From assembly GCF_006345805.1 (NCBI RefSeq), contig NC_042999.1, positions 19,654,001-19,718,000 on the forward strand: a stretch of 64,000 nucleotides of DNA, given 5' to 3'. Shown here piece after piece: positions 1 to 12,936 of the stretch. Under the pieces are notes generated by a model. That model had not been told where the DNA came from, made no database searches, and saw only the letters and a list, made by a program, of their open reading frames with translations. How positions within the stretch are numbered: position 1 is the stretch's first letter; every line of letters starts with the position of its first letter. The DNA is from Octopus sinensis. Its lineage: Eukaryota. Position numbers and translations under genes: made by a program.

Positions 1-89
1 GTATATATACATGTAAATACTTACATAGGTATAAATGTGTGTTTATGTAGATATATATATATATATACATACCTCGTTCAGAGATTTAT

Positions 90-111
<22 letters not shown>

Positions 112-120
<9 letters not shown>

Positions 121-202
121 AGAGAGAGAGAGAGAGATAGAGATAGGTAGATAGGTAGTTAGGTAGATAGATAGGTAGATAGATAGACAGATAGATATAT
201 AG

Positions 203-239
<37 letters not shown>

Positions 240-335
240 TATAGATAGATAGATAGATAGATAGATAGAGTGATAGATAGTAAGATAGATAGACATATAG
301 ATAGATAGACAGATAGACAGACAGATAGATAGATA
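112..335. repeat. (AG)n/(AGAT)n microsatellite
   Basis: Direct reading of tandem agat/agac units; the ORFs called here are low-complexity artefacts. Confidence 0.95.
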
Positions 336-761
336 TAAATATATGTCCATGTTTTTATATATGTATACACAATCTCGTAGTTTCAGGTTTTCATAAGTAG
401 CAGTCACAGACATGCTTATATTTTCAATATTTTCTCAATACATACACACGCACACAAACATTTCCTCCCCACCTCCTTTCTCTCTTCTTTTTATCATTCT
501 TGTGCATTCATACACAATTCTACACATTCACATACGCAAAACGAAGCCAAAATAAAAATAGAATTTCACAACAACACTCTTAGACTTAAACCATTTTTCA
601 TTCACATATTCCCATACATTCATCATATTCATGAATATATATTTATATAGACAATCACCGAAACCTACCCTCACAGCAAAGCTTACTCTTTCTACCTCCA
701 TCCCCCCTCTCTCTCTCCCTCTCTCTCTCTTTCTCTCTCTCTCGTTCCCTGGCTGGCGAAG

Positions 762-846
762 AGAAATGGGGATATTGAATTTTGCTCTGAAACTGGCAAA
801 GATGATTTAAATTGTGCTCCAGAAACCCAGTGCATTGGGTCTCAGG
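762..846 (+). CDS. Possible internal exon of unidentified gene (RNGDIEFCSETGKDDLNCAPETQCIGSQ)
   Basis: AG after a CT-rich tract, open frame, GTAAAA donor ending in phase 1, compatible with the candidate at 4525. No homology recognised. Confidence 0.2.
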
Positions 847-1114
847 GTAAAATACTTATAAATAGCTTTGATATTCGTTTCTCAATCTATTTTCTACATA
901 TTTATGAGTTCTGCACAGTTTTAAAACTTTGTACATTTTCTAGCAGTAGAATATTCAATGTTGTACATTTTATCCATTCTATAAACTGACATTTGCATCA
1001 AGATATATTTTGATTTACATCTTAAGAGTATTCTTTTAGCTATCTATCTATCGATCGATCGATTGGCCCATCTACCTCTCTCACCCTCATCCCTATACAT
1101 ATATACATAGATAC

Positions 1115-1191
<77 letters not shown>

Positions 1192-1224
1192 CATACATAC
1201 ACACACAAACACACACATATATAT

Positions 1225-1648
1225 ACTCTTTACTCTTTACTCTTTTACTTGTTTCAGTCATTTGACTGCGGCCATGCTGGAGCACCGCCTTTAGTCGACC
1301 AAATCGAACCTGGGACTTATTCTTTGTAAGCCCAGTACTTATTCTATCAGTCTCTTTTGCCGAACCGCTAGGTGACGGGGATGTAAACACACCAGCATCG
1401 GTTGTCTAGCAATGCTAGGGAGACAAACACAGACACACAAACACACACAGACACAAACACACACATACATATATACATATATACGACAGGCTTTTTTCAG
1501 TTTCGTCTACCAAATCCACTCACAAGGCATTGGTCAGCCCGGGGCTATAGCAGAAGACACTTGCTCAAGATGCCACGCAGTGGGACTGAACCCAGAACCA
1601 TGTGGTTGGTAAGCAAGCTACTTATCACACAGCCACTCCTGCGCCTAT
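1225..1648 (-). mobile_element. tRNA-derived CORE-type SINE, family A (abundant octopus-like SINE)
   Basis: Head ATAGGCGCAGGAGTGGCTGTGTG with B-box-like GGTTCAGTCCC, CORE-like CTTGGGCAAGTGTCTT, internal (TA)/(TG) microsatellite and (GAGTAAAA)n tail; >15 copies in the window. Confidence 0.85.
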
Positions 1649-1774
1649 ATATAATTTTATATATAATTTTATATATAATTTTATTTTTTTATTTCTTTCA
1701 GTCATTTGACTGTGGCCATGTGACCATGCTGGAGGCACCATCTTTAGTTGAGCAAGTCAACCCCAGGACTTATT

Positions 1775-2239
1775 CTGGTCCTCTATGGATCACATCCCTA
1801 CTTCTCAACATAGTCACCGTTTCTCTCAATAGCAATGTTCCACCTTCAAAGGAGAGCATGTATCCCTGCCCCGTAAAATTCTGTTGACTGTTCTTTGAGC
1901 CACTTCTTCACTACAGTTTTCACTTCCTCATCACTAGAATTATGTTTGCCTCTCAAATCCTCTTTCATGGGGTCAAAGAGATGATAGTCCAGTTACGAGG
2001 AAGTGAAAACCACAGTGAAGAAGTGGCTCAAAGAACAGTCAACAGAATTTTACAGGGCAGGGATACATGCTCTCCTTTGAAGGTGGAACATTGCTACTGA
2101 GAGAAACGGTGACTATGTTGAGAAGTAGGGATGTGATCCATAGAGGACCAGCTTCATTTTAATGTATGATGCATGTTCCTGTGCTGGTAATTATACCTGT
2201 CCTAAACAAAATGGCATTACTTTCTGACTCACCTTCGTA
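1775..2239. mobile_element. Palindromic mariner-derived MITE built from transposase 3' ends
   Basis: 155-bp arms 1775-1929 and 1997-2151 are near-perfect inverted repeats. The arm translates EEVKTTVKKWLKEQSTEFYRAGIHALL*RWNIATERNGDYVEK* (mariner C-terminus), the spacer gives DYHLF, and the element ends in TIR plus TA at 2238-2239. Confidence 0.8.
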
Positions 2240-2937
2240 CTTAAGGGCACCAAAAACTTTTAAGTGCTTAGGGCTTTTATGGGCCTTAACCCGGCCCTGG
2301 GTTCAAGGTCCTGAGATCAGCCTTCACCATTTCGTCACCTGTCTTGCTGGGTCTCCCTTTTCTGCAAGTTCCATCCATATCAAGTCCATATATAATTACA
2401 TACGGAGGTTTAAGTGAATATGTGTCATGTCAAACATATGTGAAAACATTTACTTATAGAATATTACAATCAAAACAGACATTTCCTTACTCCAATTACC
2501 AACCTTTCAAATAATCAATACATTCTGAAGCATTCAATGGACTTTTTGCTATTTATTTATATTGTTATTTGTAACGGAACATGATGAATAGTTAATTGAT
2601 AATTAGGATTATATATACATAATGTACTACAGTTGATGGATAATTGCTACTGTATGTATAGTGTATTAAAAGTGTAGTCGATTGATAATTGGTACTGGGT
2701 GTATAATGTACAGCAAATATATGTATGTGTGTGTATTTATGTATATATATCAATATATTATCTGTACATAGGTATGTGAGTGTATCTACATATGTGTATG
2801 TTTGTATGTATGTGCTATATTTTTATGTGAGCGTATATGTTTTTATCTGTATGTGTGTATATATATATATACATATATATATGTATATGTATATATATGT
2901 ATATATATATATATATATGTATATAGATATATGTGTG

Positions 2938-2986
<49 letters not shown>

Positions 2987-3180
2987 TTTAAAATATGTAT
3001 TTATGTTTATATACGTATGTATATTGATGTATATGTGTTTATGTGTATGGATGTACTAGTGATGATAAATGTCAAAAGAACACTAATTACGTAATTAAGT
3101 TCATTAGCTGCCTCAGCAAAGAGAGTGAAACAATACTTAGTGATGTGTATTATTACATTCATTATGTACCTTATCACAAC

Positions 3181-3822
3181 ACTCCTCACTCACTCACTCA
3201 CTCACTCACTCACTCACTCTCACACTCACTCACACACAAACTCACACACTGACACAGTCACTCACTCACTCATTCACTCACTCACGCACTCACTCACACA
3301 CTCACTCACTCACACACACACTCACTTACTCACTCACACACTCACTCATTCACTCTCACACACACACTCACACACTCACACACTCAGTTACTCACTCATT
3401 CACTCACTAACTCATTCGCTTACTCACTCTCACCCTCACTCACTCACTCATTCACTCACTCACTTACTCACACTCACACACTCACTCATTCACTCACACA
3501 TTCAGTCACTCACTAGCGCACTCACTCACTCACACACTCACTCTCACCCTCACTCACTCACACACTCACTCACTCACACACTCACACTCACTCACTCACT
3601 CACTCACACACTCACTCACTCATCACTCACATATTCGCACACTCATGCGCTCACACACACACACTTACTCACTCACACACTCACTCACTCACACCCTCAT
3701 TCATTCACTCACTCACACACTCACTCACACACACACTCACTCACTCACATACTCACACACTCACTCACTCACACACTCACACACTCACACACTCACTTAC
3801 TCACACACGCACTCACTCAGAG
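3181..3822. repeat. Degenerate (CACT)n/(CA)n microsatellite
   Basis: About 640 bp of ctca/caca units. Confidence 0.95.
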
Positions 3823-4023
3823 TGTTAAATAATAAGGCACCAAAAGAGAATGACTTTCCCTAGACACAACAGAATATGCTTCAACACACCAACTCACATA
3901 AAGAATCTTACAAACCAAATCCAAACACGACCTGTAATATCAATTCCCTGAGAATTGATTTCAACCAAACAATTCAGAAGACTTAAGTTTAGCTTCATAA
4001 TATTGTTAAAAATAAATGATGTG

Positions 4024-4340
4024 AGGGCGCGTGGCTTAGTGGTTAGGGCATTCAGCTCATGATCGTAAGGTTGTGAGTTCGATTCCCGGCGACGCGTTGT
4101 GTCCTTGAGCAAGACACTTTATTTCACGTTGCTCCAGTCCACTCAGCTGGCAAAAATGAGTTGTACTTGTATTTCAAAGGGTCAGCCTTGTCACTCTCTG
4201 TGTCACGCTGATTATCCCCGAGAACTACGTTAAGGGTACACGTGCCTGTGGAATGCTCAGCCATTTGCACGTTAATTTCACGAGCAAGCTGTTCCGTTGA
4301 TCGTATCAGCTGGGACCCTCGTCGTCGTAACTGGCGGAGT
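4024..4340 (+). mobile_element. tRNA-derived CORE-type SINE, family B
   Basis: A box TGGCTTAGTGG and B box GTTCGATTCCC, followed by CORE-like TTGTGTCCTTGAGCAAGACACTT and a non-tRNA body. Confidence 0.8.
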
Positions 4341-4524
4341 CTTTAAGAAGAAAAATAAATGAATAAATAAGTAACAAATTTAAAATTAAATTTTGCTCAA
4401 TTTTGTTTTATTTTCTGGATAAAAAAAACATGCCGGGAACATTTTGCAAAATATCTAACTAATTTACATAATTATTTTAAATGAATTATTTTCCTAATCA
4501 ATAAATTTCCAATATCTACTGCAG

Positions 4525-4595
4525 AGCTTGGGGATATATATTGTATTCTTAGATTATTTTCTCTCTGGAATGGAAAAGAAGAAGTTTCCAAAATG
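4525..4595 (+). CDS. Possible exon (ELGDIYCILRLFSLWNGKEEVSKM)
   Basis: CTGCAG acceptor, open frame, weak GTTATA donor; phase fits the candidate at 762-846. Confidence 0.2.
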
Positions 4596-4648
4596 GTTAT
4601 ATGGTTCTTGATCTTCATCATTTAATGTCAATGTCCTGTGCTGGCATG

Positions 4649-5391
4649 AGGATAGCTGTGTGAAAAAGTGCCACACCCTAGCGGTTGGGGTAACCTGTGG
4701 AAGAGGTAGACCCAGGAAGACCTGGGATGAGGTGGTGAAGAACGACCTTCAATCATTAAGCCTCACCGAGGCAATGACTAGTGACTGAGACCTTTGGAAA
4801 TATGCAGTGCGTGAGAAGACCCTGCAAGCCAAGTGAGACCATAACCCGTAGCCTATGCCAGGGGTGTAACCCGCCCACTTTGTGTACCTTTCCTTATTGG
4901 ACACTAAGTTCTGCTTGCAAAGACCTGTTGAGGCAAGTGAAATTGAAATCGAATCAAATTTGATGACTGGCACCCGTGCCAGTGGAGCACTAGCCGCACC
5001 ATCCGAGTGTGATTGTTGCCAGAGCAGCTGACTGGCTTCTGTGCCAGTGGCACATAAGAATACTGGTGGAATGTGAAAAAACATTCAAGCGAGGTCATTG
5101 CCAGTGTCACTGACTGGCTCCTGTGCAGGTGGCACATAAAAAACACCATTTGAGTGTGGTCATTGCCGGTACCGCCTGACTGGCCCTTGTGCCGGTGGCA
5201 TGTAAAAGCACCCACTACACTCTTGGAGTGGTTGGTGTTAGGAAGGGCATCCAGCTGTAGAAACTCTGCCAAATCAGATTGGAGCCTGGTGCTGCCATCT
5301 GGTTCACCAGTCCTCAGTCAAACCGTCCAACCCATGCTAGCATGGAAAGTAGACGTTAAACGATGATCATGATGATGATGATGATGATGAT
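4649..5391 (+). mobile_element. 5'-truncated RTE-type LINE (ORF2 C-terminus, 3' UTR, (GAT)n tail)
   Basis: Encodes degenerate GRPRKTWDEVVK; 3' end GGAAAGTAGACGTTAAACGATGAT(GAT)n matches the longer copy at 30071-32484. Confidence 0.85.
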
Positions 5392-5394
5392 TAG

Positions 5395-5458
5395 CATTTT
5401 AAAATGAAAGAAGTAACCCTGAATCATGATGAAATTTCCCCCAGTATTTTATATAAAG
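5395..5458 (+). CDS. Possible exon (HFKMKEVTLNHDEISPSILYK)
   Basis: Open frame running phase 0 to phase 1, GTACTC donor; the acceptor lacks a pyrimidine tract because it abuts the LINE tail. Confidence 0.15.
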
Positions 5459-5679
5459 GTACTCAACCTTCTTTTATGAATGTCAGTAGCTCCAAAAATA
5501 ATCATTCAACAAGCATTGTATCTCGTTTTAGAAAGAAAATGATTTCATTCTTCTGTTCTTACCTTGAATAAATTATTTAAGTTGCTCTAAAATCATTTAT
5601 AAATTGTAATTTTAACATTTTATTTGCATTTCACATACTTAAAGCTCCATTTTACCTTATTGCTTTTTTTTATATATGT

Positions 5680-6076
5680 TCTTTTATTCTTTTACTTGAT
5701 TCAGTCATTTGACTGCGGCCATGCTGGAGCACCACCTTTAGTCGAGCAAATCGACCCCAGGACTTATTCTTTGTAAGCCTAGTACTTAATCTATCGGTCA
5801 CTTTTGCCGGACTGCTAAGTTGCTGCAATGTTGGGTGGGGGACAAACACTGACATACAAACATATACACACACTGACATACAAACATATACACACACATA
5901 CATATATACATATATACGATGGGCTTCTTTCAGTTTCTGTCTACCAGATCCACTCACAAGGCTTTGGTCGGTTTGAGGCTATAGTAGAAGACACTTGCCC
6001 AAGGTGTCACACAGTGGACTGAACCCGTAACCATGTGGTTGGTAAGCAAGCTACTTACCTCACAGCCACTCCTGCA

Positions 6077-6080
<4 letters not shown>
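5680..6080 (-). mobile_element. SINE family A (internally deleted)
   Basis: Head and tail match the other family A copies. Confidence 0.8.
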
Positions 6081-6119
<39 letters not shown>

Positions 6120-6382
6120 GTTTTTCTCCTCTACATTGCCCACACATTAGACATTCTCATAACCAAGGTAACTGAATCCCATTTACAATCCACAGATTCG
6201 TTATATTCAATTCTGCCCTCTTTTTAACCTCTTTCATTTTCCTTCTTGCTCTTTTCCTATTTCTACTTCTGGCTTCTTCAAGATGATTCCATTTTTTTCC
6301 CTTTTTCAGCTATCATTGGTTGTTGATTCAAAACGATTTGGCTTTTTAGTTTTTCTAATTCTTACTCCTTAACCTTTCACAG

Positions 6383-6470
6383 TTCATTGCCATGTTCTTT
6401 CTAATGATGTTCTGATTCAGAAATCCAGGAAGCATTTACTGCTTCAGCTTTTGAAGAAGAACGGCATAAA
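6383..6470 (+). CDS. Possible exon (HCHVLSNDVLIQKSRKHLLLQLLKKNGI)
   Basis: Strong pyrimidine tract plus TTTCACAG acceptor, 88-nt open frame, GTATGC donor, in unique non-repeat sequence. Confidence 0.35.
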
Positions 6471-7444
6471 GTATGCACTCTCTTTGGTCTCTTTACGAAA
6501 ATAATTTTTTTTTTAATCAGTTATGAGCAAACACATTATTGTAACAAGGAGAGGGAATAAATGGGAATAAATGGATTCTTTAATATTTTCCAAAATATGC
6601 AAATATTTTTTAAAACTCCATTTAATTATTCAGCATTTATATTATTTGTAATCTACACATTAAAAGATATTGCCTAGAGGCAAAGCATAACCGACCATTA
6701 TCAGTTAAGCACTTTTTTTTCATTTTTTTTTTATTTCTCTTTTCTTTTGTTTCTTTTCCTTTTTTTTTTTCCTTTTTTCTTTTTATTTTTTGTTCTTTTT
6801 TTCTCTTTTACGATCCCTTTTGATTGAAAACCTACGCCACCTTTTTTTTGTTTCTTTTGTTTTTTTTCATCCCCCAAAAGAAAAGCTCTACCTTGTAACT
6901 TGTCCCATCTGTGTGCAGCCCTGTGTGGCCAATAAAGAAACTTATCAGTTAAGCACTTTATGGAAATTAGAATTTCTTTTTTTCTGTTTTACTATATATT
7001 GTGCTTAAATAAATACTCATCAGACCTCCCACAGAATTATACATGAAAGGATCAGGGCTCTTCTAATGGCAACCCAACTGGCCTTGACATTTCTTAATAA
7101 ACGAAAGATAACATAAATTTTATGGATGCTTATGGAAGGGCGGTGAATATCGCCATGTCACAAGATCATTCTCATTCATCAATAGCATAAAAATTTCAAT
7201 GTATATAATATAATGTATTCATGAACAGATATTGATGTCGCATTTATAATTATGATACTAATATCGTAATTTTTTAAAAATTCATTTTATGTTATCCTAT
7301 GCTGTTGACATAAATCTCTTGGGTTTTACGGTCTGTATGGATACTTTGTTTTACTGGATTGATTTTCCTCCTAAGCAATATCCATACAAGTGCTGATTGA
7401 GGCAAACATCTGGATTTCACATCTCCTTTCATATGTGTGTGTAT

Positions 7445-7865
7445 ATAGGCACAGGAGTGGCTGTGTGGTAAGTAGCTTGCTAACCAACCACATGGTTCCG
7501 GGTTCAGTCCCACAGTGTGGCAACTTGGGCAAGTGTCTTCTGCTATAGCCCCGGACCAACCAATGCCTTGTGAGTGGATTTGGTAGGCGGAAACTGAAAG
7601 AAGCCTGTCGTATATATGTATATATATATATATGTATGTGTGTGTGTATGTGTTTGTTTGTCTGTGTTTGTCCCCCTAGCATTGCTTGACAACCGATGCT
7701 GGTGTGTTTACATCCCTGTCACTTAGCGGTTCGGCAAAAGAGACCGATAGAATAAGTACTGGGCTTACAAAGAATAAGTCCTGGGGTCGATTAGCTTGAC
7801 TAAAGGCGGTGCTCCAGCATGGCCACTGTTAAAGGACTGAAACAAGTAAAAGATAAATGATAAAA
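7445..7865 (+). mobile_element. SINE family A, full length
   Basis: Complete head, body and tail. Confidence 0.85.
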
Positions 7866-7874
7866 GATATATAT

Positions 7875-7937
<63 letters not shown>

Positions 7938-8276
7938 AAGGGTTAGGCAAAAGAATTTGCTTCACCACACACCGAACTTTAGAAATAGCAGCAAAAAAAA
8001 AAAAGAAACTAGCTATTTCTCCTACTGTAAGAAACAACTTCCAGACAATATATGCTCAAAAACAAATCATGTAGGCAGAGAAAGAAAATAACGAAATTCA
8101 CCCGGCATAAGATTAACTGTACGCGTTTCGAAATTAGATAGATATGAAAAATGTAAGAATTGCATTTCCATTCTGATCATTTTTCATACCATTATCATAC
8201 CGATAATGGTCTTTTACATACCGAATCACTACTTGGTGGAATTATTAATTATTAATTAATTAATTAATTTTACCCT

Positions 8277-8315
<39 letters not shown>

Positions 8316-8363
8316 AATATATTAAAGAATGGAGTTGAACGATGAATTAACAAAATTCCTTTA

Positions 8364-8446
8364 TTTTCGACATATGTTTCGAAGGCTGCATATTCCTAAT
8401 TGCAAAGGAATAAGGAGTATATTATGCCGCTTTCTCATGAGGAAAA
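8364..8446 (-). ncRNA. Type I hammerhead-ribozyme-like motif (G5C variant, probably inactive)
   Basis: Minus strand reads UUUUC-CUCAUGA-[G-C-closed extended stem II]-GAAA-CAUAUG-UC-GAAAA, i.e. stem I, core, stem II, palindromic stem III and GUC triplet. Confidence 0.5.
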
Positions 8447-8825
8447 GCAAGGAACTTATGTCAACATCAAGATGCACAAAAAACTTTTAGATGACTGCTC
8501 ACACGGGGCCCATAGCGATAATCTTTTAAAAAAAACATACAAATTTCCACACGAAGGCACGTAACTTCAAACGTGTCTTCTCTGATGTGAATTTGCTATC
8601 CAGGTATCGGTTAACCGAATTACCTATAACAAGATAATTCATTCTACTACTCAAATATATATATATATATTTATATATATATATCATATATAATATATAT
8701 ATGTATTCTATATATATATAATATCCCTGCATAACTCACATCTATTTTCATTCCTCCACCTTACTCTCTATTTCATACCAAAGGTAAACCATACAGATTA
8801 AAGCCACTTAGCACAGATTGACCTT

Positions 8826-9530
8826 GAACTCTGTTGTGCATGTGCAATAAGTTTTAAAGTTCTAGCTCACTTCCACTGTTTACAGCAGTGCTTGGAAGGA
8901 AGGTGTGTAGCATGTGATCGTCACAAGGACCATGGCAGAGAAAATTGAGCTGAAAATCTGCATCAAATTTTGCCAAAAGCTTGGCGATACCTGCTCAGAG
9001 GCCTACACAAAGTTTTTGAAAAGTTTTCATCGTTCTTGACACAATCAAGGTCTGAAACCCGAGTGTCTCTTTGGTCTGCAAAAGCATTTTTGGTGCAAAT
9101 TTGGCAGACACATGACCCATAACCAAATCTTCAGTGATAATGGACTGAACTGAATGATAACTAATCTGCACATCCTCTGATAACTCACAGATGGTGATTT
9201 GATTATTTCCCCTCACATCTGCATGCACATCTGCAATGTTTTTCTCAGTTCTGCTGGTTGTGAGTCTCCCATAATGTTCACCAATATCAACATTTTTTGG
9301 CCATCTTGTAAATGTCTGAAGCACTCATACACTTGTGTGCAGCTCACACACTCCTCACCATGCACTTTCTGCAACTCTGCATAGGCCTCTGAGCAAGTAT
9401 CACCATGACAACTTTCTCTGTCAAGGTCAATGCGATAATCATACGCTACACACTTTCCTTCCAAGCACTGCTGTAAACAGTTGAAGTAAAGTAGAGTGTT
9501 AAAACTTAGTGTACATGCTCAACAGAGTTC
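8826..9530. mobile_element. Fold-back mariner derivative made of two transposase 5' ends
   Basis: Inverted arms at about 8826-9010 and 9370-9530; translations ICIKFCQKLGDTCSEAY and ITICELSEDVQISYHSVQSIITEDL...VSAKFAPKML resemble the mariner HTH region. Confidence 0.7.
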
Positions 9531-10206
9531 ATATGCTTAATGATTTATAGGTACACAGTACTTCATTATGCAAAAATAATACACCATAAAGTATATTAAA
9601 TTATTTTATAAGTCAACAACGTGTAATTCTGTGCTAGCAGTGCTTTTTACATTATTTTGTTTAGGTTATTTCTACAGATATTCTATAAGAATTTTAGCGA
9701 GCACTGATTTTTCTACAATGTCTTGATGTTTAATTGAATCTTTTTCTAGAAATTAAAATTTTTGAAGTAGCAAGCAGTTCAAGTTAAAAGAAATTAATCA
9801 GCTAATTATGCCTTAGCTTCGTTGTCGAGTACCAAGCACATGCAAATGATATATCATGACATTCATAAATTCCAGCGTAGAATACATTTGCAATAGTTTA
9901 TTGAGATATAAGAGGCATTATGTACATATGTTTATAGGAATGCTTCAAAGAAATGAGAAAACCCAGACCACAGTCGAACCCTCCAACCCATGCTAGCATG
10001 GAAAACGGACGTTAAACGATGATAATGATGATGACTTTGTAAATATAAGTAATACAGAAATAGAAGAGGAGTAAAACTAATTCAACATTTATATTAGAAA
10101 TGGAAAAAATAACTTTGTCCTGTTTATTACATTTAAACAAGGTTTATTTTGGCTTTGAACACATTTGAGCTTTTTTAAATTTATAAATATATTTCCATTC
10201 TTAGTA

Positions 10207-10377
10207 TATAGGCGCAGGAGAGGCTGTGTGGTAAGTAGCTTGCTTACCAACCACATGGTTCCGGGCTCAGTCCCACTGTGTGGCACCTTGGTCAAGTATC
10301 TTCTCAGGCCGACCAAAGCCTTGTGAGTGGATTTGGTAGATGGAAACTGAAAGAAGCCCATCGTATATATATATGTA

Positions 10378-10416
<39 letters not shown>

Positions 10417-10545
10417 GTGTGTGCCTTTGTGTCTGTGTTTGTCCCCCACCACAACTTGAGAATAGTGTGCTGAAGTGTTTACATCCCTGTAACTTAGCAG
10501 CTTAACCAAGTTTAACAGAGACTGATAGAGTAAGTACCAGGCACA
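10207..10545 (+). mobile_element. SINE family A (3' part missing)
   Basis: Family A head and body. Confidence 0.8.
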
Positions 10546-10549
10546 TAAA

Positions 10550-10687
10550 AAGCATCCACTACATTCTTGGAATGGTTGGCATGTAGAAACCTTGCCAGCT
10601 CAGATTGGAGCCTGGTGCAGCCTACTGGCTTACCAGTCCTCAATCAAATCGTCCAACCCATGCCAGTATGGAAAGCAGACATAAACA

Positions 10688-10728
<41 letters not shown>
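10550..10728 (+). mobile_element. RTE LINE 3' end with (GAT)n tail
   Basis: Matches the LINE terminal ~170 bp. Confidence 0.7.
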
Positions 10729-10811
10729 ATATTTATTCTCTGTTTGTCTTTTTGTTCTGATTACAAAACCATTTCTTTGTACAGAATAATAATTTACATT
10801 CTCAGATTTAG

Positions 10812-10907
10812 GTTTGTCATACTCAGACTTTAAACAGTGCTGAATTAACCATTAAGCAAAACAAGCTTGTGCTTAGAGCATCTAGGGGAGAGGACACCAC
10901 AGAAATG
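10812..10907 (+). CDS. Possible exon (VCHTQTLNSAELTIKQNKLVLRASRGEDTTEM)
   Basis: TTTAG acceptor, 96-nt phase 0-0 open frame, GTAAAT donor, unique sequence. Confidence 0.3.
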
Positions 10908-12332
10908 GTAAATGGTTTACAGCACAAAAGAAATCACTTTAAACTTGCTAAAATAATATTCAATGTGTTTTTTTTTTATGACTGGAACTATAATTTCAAA
11001 GTGTTCATGTTTTCATAGTGTGGATCTGACCAAGAACTTTACAATTAAATAAAAGTGGGAAAAAACTTTCCAAATATAAATAAATATGCACAAATAAGCA
11101 TTATTTTCTATTTTACTGTTAGTTTTGTTTCATTTTGGAAAAATAAATTTGCTTAATGGTTTATTATCTATATTTTAAATTACATATATATGAGGGCACT
11201 AGAGTCTTATATGTGCTTAAGGCCTCAATGGGTCTTAATCTGACTCAGGACTTAGGACTTTTAAGGCTGGATCTTAATTCAGTTTCCATGGTCTATAAAT
11301 AACTGAGATTACAACACACCCTGACTCCAAATGGGACGTCAGTTCTTTGTAGGTTTAGCTTCCCAGTTATTACTAGAGTCATATACAGCTAAGTGGACTG
11401 AAGCAACATTAAATGAAGTATTTTCTCCAAGAACACAATAAACTGTCCCATTTAGGAATTAAAACCACACTCTTACAACCATGAGGACAACATGCTAACC
11501 ATCAGGATATGCACATTCTCTAAGCTTTTTAAAAACCACCAAAAGTGACATAGACTTTGAACTTGTCTTTGAAAAGCTAACTATACAAATGTCAAGTCGG
11601 ACTGCTGAAATCTACAAATTTTTTTTTTCATTTCCTCACTGTTTACTTTCTGTTGTTCCTTTCTGCTGAAGAGTGTTTGCTCAAAACATAAATGACTTTT
11701 CCTTTTTCCCGAGCATCAAACTAATACACTTGCTTGTTGTTCATACACCTGTCTTCATCATTTATTTTTCTATAAATTATAACTATACTATACAAACTTC
11801 CAGCTAGTAATTTGCAAAACTGTAACCCTTCAACTTAGAGTATACAAGTCTAGACTTTATTTCCGAATGTCATTGTATTCACACGGCCATTTGCAACTGA
11901 CAGCAGTTTGCAAACAATACATCGATTTTACTATGGTTTCATCTAACTGAGGAGACTGAGGTAGTCTTGAATCATTAATAGAATTAGGAATTCAACTGTT
12001 CCTAATTAAGCTATAATGAACTAATAAGGAAATATGAAATGTTCTAAATATAAGGGATTAACCTAAAACAGAAGATTCCCATCTTTATTACATGTTTCAA
12101 AGACGGGCTGTTTGCATATGCTGTCCAATAGATGAGGTGTGTGTGTGTGGATGGATGGATGGACGGATGGATGGATAGACAGATAGGCAGACAAACAGGC
12201 AGATAAACTGACTGACAGACAGGCAGGCAGATAGACAGATACACAGATCTTTTTTTGCTTGTTTCACTCATTGAACTGTGGCAATGCTGGAGCACAACTT
12301 TGAAGGGTTTAGTCAAACAAATTGATGTATAC

Positions 12333-12740
12333 GTAGGCACAGGAGTGACTGTGTGGCAAGTAGCTTGCTTACCAACCACATGGTTCTGAGTTCAGTCCCA
12401 CTTGGGCAAGTGTTTTCTACTATAGCCTCAGGCCGACTAAAGCCATGTGAGTGGATTTGGTAGACGGAAACTGAAAGAAGCCCGTTGTACATATATAATA
12501 TCTATATATATGTGAGTGTGTGTTTGTGTGTCTGTTTGTCCCCCCAACATTGCTTGACAACCTATGCTGGTGTGTTTACGTCCCCATAACTTAGCAGTTC
12601 GGCAAAAGAGACCAATAGAATACATACTAGGCTTACAAAGAATAAGTACTAGGGTCAATTTGCTCGATTAAAGGCAGTGCTCCAGCATGGCCACAGTCAC
12701 ATGACTGAAACAAGTAAATGAGGAAAGAGTAAAGAGTATA
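12333..12740 (+). mobile_element. SINE family A
   Basis: Full head-to-tail match. Confidence 0.85.
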
Positions 12741-12936
12741 CTTTCACACAGTTTCTGTCTACCACATTTCCTAACACAGCTTTGGTTGGCCTGGGACTAT
12801 AAAACTACTGGCCCAGGGTTCCACATAGTGAAAGTGAAACTAACTGTGTAGTTGTAAAGCAAGATTCTCAACTACACAACCAAGATCCGTGTACACACAC
12901 ACACACACAGGCATTAATAGATAGGTGAGAATTATC

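Noticed and set aside
4024-4096. tRNA-like sequence with an apparent CAT triplet
   Set aside because: There is no proper anticodon or acceptor stem, and it continues into a CORE-type SINE body.
5563-5586. 24-nt minus-strand microexon-like segment with good splice signals (SNLNNLFK)
   Set aside because: No partner exons were found on that strand, and such matches arise by chance in AT-rich DNA.
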